A program made the translations under genes and the position numbers. The notes under the pieces were generated by a model, which was not told the DNA's origin, made no database searches, and worked only from the letters and a program-made list of their open reading frames with translations. A stretch of DNA of 14,397 bases, from contig JAISBS010000066.1 in assembly GCA_031266075.1 (NCBI GenBank), forward strand, positions 1 to 14,397, read 5' to 3'. This stretch comes from Treponema sp. (lineage in GTDB: Bacteria; Spirochaetota; Spirochaetia; Treponematales; Breznakiellaceae). Shown here piece after piece: positions 12,966-14,397 of this stretch; the first letter of the stretch is position 1; each line of letters starts with the position of its first letter.

Positions 12966-13975
12966 AACATACAAAGACCTCAAAGAGAGTAACCATCGTT
13001 ATCAGCGGTTTGACGGGTATTTTTGTTTTGCTCATTGGCTGGACCGTAATTCAACGGCGCCCGCCCGCGACGCCGTCCGCCGCAGGGCCCGGCGCGGCGG
13101 CTCCAGCTTCGGCGGGCGGCGGCCCCGGCGCGACGGCTCCAACTCCGGCGGGCGGTGAGGCTGGGCGTGGCGGCGGGGCGGCCCGGAACGCCACCGCAGT
13201 GCGGGTAACGCCGGTAACGCTGGATACCATCGAGAATTCGGTAGTCATTAACGGAGACGTGCTGGCCCGGAACCAGGTTTCCATTTACCCCACCGTGGCG
13301 GGAAAACTGGCGGAAGCCCGGCGGGGAATCGGCGACCGGGTGAACCGGGGGGATGTGGTGGCCATGGTAGATCCTTCCCGGCCCGGAGAGTTTTATTCCC
13401 TGAGCCCCGTGGTTTCCACTATTTCCGGCACCGTACTGCAGGCCCCCTTCAGCGCCGGCGATACCCTGTCCACCGGATCGGCGGTCTATGTGGTGGGGGA
13501 CCTTTCGGAACTGGTCGTGGAGACCTTTGTGCCCGAGCGGTTCACGACCGCGGTGCGGCAGGGGCTGGCCGCCCAGGTGAGTTTTGAAGCCCTGCCGGGG
13601 GAAATTTTCCCCGCCGCGGTGGATGAGGTAAGCCCCGTGCTGGATCCCGCCAGCCGCACCATGAAGATCCGGCTCCGCTTTACCGGGTGGGCCGACCCCC
13701 GAATCCGGGCCGGAATGTTCGCCACGGTGAGCCTGGTAACCAACACCCGCTCCAGCGTACCGGTGATCCCCCGGGGCGCGGTGATCAACACCTACGGTTC
13801 CTGGATTGTCTTTACCGTTGACGATGAACAAACCGCCCGGCGGCGTTCCGTTACCCTGGGCCTTGAAAACGAAACTTTCATCGAAGTAAGCGGCGGCCTT
13901 GAAGAGGGGGAACTGGTGGTTACCGCGGGGCAGAATTTTTTAAGCGACCGGGATCCGGTCCGCATTATCGAATAG
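12962..13975 (+). CDS. Efflux RND periplasmic adaptor subunit (membrane fusion protein, HlyD/AcrA family)
   Basis: 337 aa with a GTG start overlapping the TolC stop (GTGA). There is an N-terminal TM anchor, a Pro/Ala/Gly-rich linker, then lipoyl/beta-barrel/MP-domain-like sequence (VTPVTLDTIENSVVINGDVLARNQVSIYPTVAGKLAE...). Confidence 0.85.
   Translation: MKHTKTSKRVTIVISGLTGIFVLLIGWTVIQRRPPATPSAAGPGAAAPASAGGGPGATAPTPAGGEAGRGGGAARNATAVRVTPVTLDTIENSVVINGDVLARNQVSIYPTVAGKLAEARRGIGDRVNRGDVVAMVDPSRPGEFYSLSPVVSTISGTVLQAPFSAGDTLSTGSAVYVVGDLSELVVETFVPERFTTAVRQGLAAQVSFEALPGEIFPAAVDEVSPVLDPASRTMKIRLRFTGWADPRIRAGMFATVSLVTNTRSSVPVIPRGAVINTYGSWIVFTVDDEQTARRRSVTLGLENETFIEVSGGLEEGELVVTAGQNFLSDRDPVRIIE
13088..13156 (+). 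repeat. Imperfect 36-bp tandem duplication encoding GPGAAAPASAGG / GPGATAPTPAGG in the adaptor-protein linker
   Basis: Two 33-nt units at 13088-13120 and 13124-13156 with 29/33 identity and an in-frame period of 36 nt. Confidence 0.7.
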
Positions 13976-13984
13976 GGGCCGGCC

Positions 13985-14397
13985 ATGAGTTTTGCCGGAT
14001 ATTCGGTCAAGCGGCCCGTTACCATCGTGGTTCTCTACGCGCTGGCCATGGGGGTGGCCCTTACCCTGGTGCCCAATATCGCCGTGGATCTCTACCCCTC
14101 CACCGCCCGCCCGGTACTTTCGGTCTTCACCCGCTTCCCCGGCGCGGGCCCCGCGGATGTGGAAAAAAACCTTACCGAGCCGCTGGAGCGGGCTCTTGCC
14201 TCCTCCCGGGGCCTGACGGAAATGACCAGCAATTCAAGTTTTGAACAGAGTTTCATCAATTTGAATTTCGCCTACGGCACCGACATGGACAAAGCCACGA
14301 CCGACGCCCAGACCCTCGTGAACCGCCTCGCGAACGCCCTCCCCGACGGCGCCGGTTCCCCGACGGTCAGGCGTTTTGACATGAGCGCGATGCCGAT
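13985..14397 (+). CDS. Efflux RND transporter permease subunit (AcrB/HAE1-like), 5' partial, runs off the window
   Basis: Hand-translated from ATG 13985: MSFAGYSVKRPVTIVVLYALAMGVALTLVPNIAVDLYPSTARPVLSVFTRFPGAGPADVEKNLTEPLERALASSRGLTEMTSNSSFEQSFINLNFAYGTDMDKATTDAQTLVNRL..., matching the conserved AcrB N-terminal TM1 and porter-domain start. It is missing from the ORF track because there is no stop codon in the window. Confidence 0.85.
   Translation, partial: MSFAGYSVKRPVTIVVLYALAMGVALTLVPNIAVDLYPSTARPVLSVFTRFPGAGPADVEKNLTEPLERALASSRGLTEMTSNSSFEQSFINLNFAYGTDMDKATTDAQTLVNRLANALPDGAGSPTVRRFDMSAMP

Noticed and set aside
11592-12983. 463-aa ORF on the - strand antisense to the TolC-like gene
   Set aside because: Pro/Gly/Arg/Gln-rich with no domain. 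The + strand frame gives a clean TolC/OEP-type protein with signal peptide and RBS.
12980-13831. 283-aa - strand ORF antisense to the RND adaptor gene
   Set aside because: Gly/Pro/Arg/His-rich nonsense translation. The + strand frame is a recognisable membrane fusion protein with GTGA coupling to the upstream gene.
1-14397. CRISPR arrays, IS elements/transposases, integrases, tRNA genes
   Set aside because: I scanned both strands by eye for evenly spaced direct repeats, DDE/tyrosine-recombinase-like translations and cloverleaf-compatible segments. None were seen apart from the tRNA-like domain of the tmRNA.

Overview
This window is GC-rich except for an AT-richer first ~830 nt. The tmRNA tag peptide suggests a spirochaete or Treponema-like origin, but this is tentative. 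The + strand carries an orphan ORF (63-620), a one-piece tmRNA (ssrA, ~1596-1968) that the ORF track misses, and the start of an RND efflux operon (TolC-like OMP 11613-12965, periplasmic adaptor 12962-13975, partial RND permease from 13985). A 9.2-kb run on the - strand (11266 down to 2034) holds the following genes in order: a short YtrA-type GntR regulator; a translationally coupled SPFH/band-7 membrane protein; a terminator and promoter; a LolD-like ABC ATPase; an FtsX/MacB-type permease with an unusually large periplasmic domain; a 174-nt intercistronic gap; a second FtsX/MacB permease; a LolA-like secreted protein; a beta-barrel OMP; a stand-alone Hpt protein; and a REC-HD-GYP response regulator. 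A GlcG/HbpS-like gene (906-1322, -) sits alone. The main hypothesis is that the GntR/SPFH and ABC/LolA-like/OMP genes form one regulated trans-envelope export or sorting system. They share an identical 16-bp promoter/operator core (ATCTAGTACAATAGTA) at the regulator's own promoter and at the ABC operon promoter. The gap between the two permeases is exactly filled by an unannotated 57-codon Cys-rich ORF with an ATGA start overlap. A ~36-bp palindromic repeat (TTGTTyAAAAAC-TGAAG-TTTTTrAACAA-CTCTAATA) occurs four times in intergenic DNA. All domain and family calls are by eye from the translations and need HMM or BLAST confirmation.
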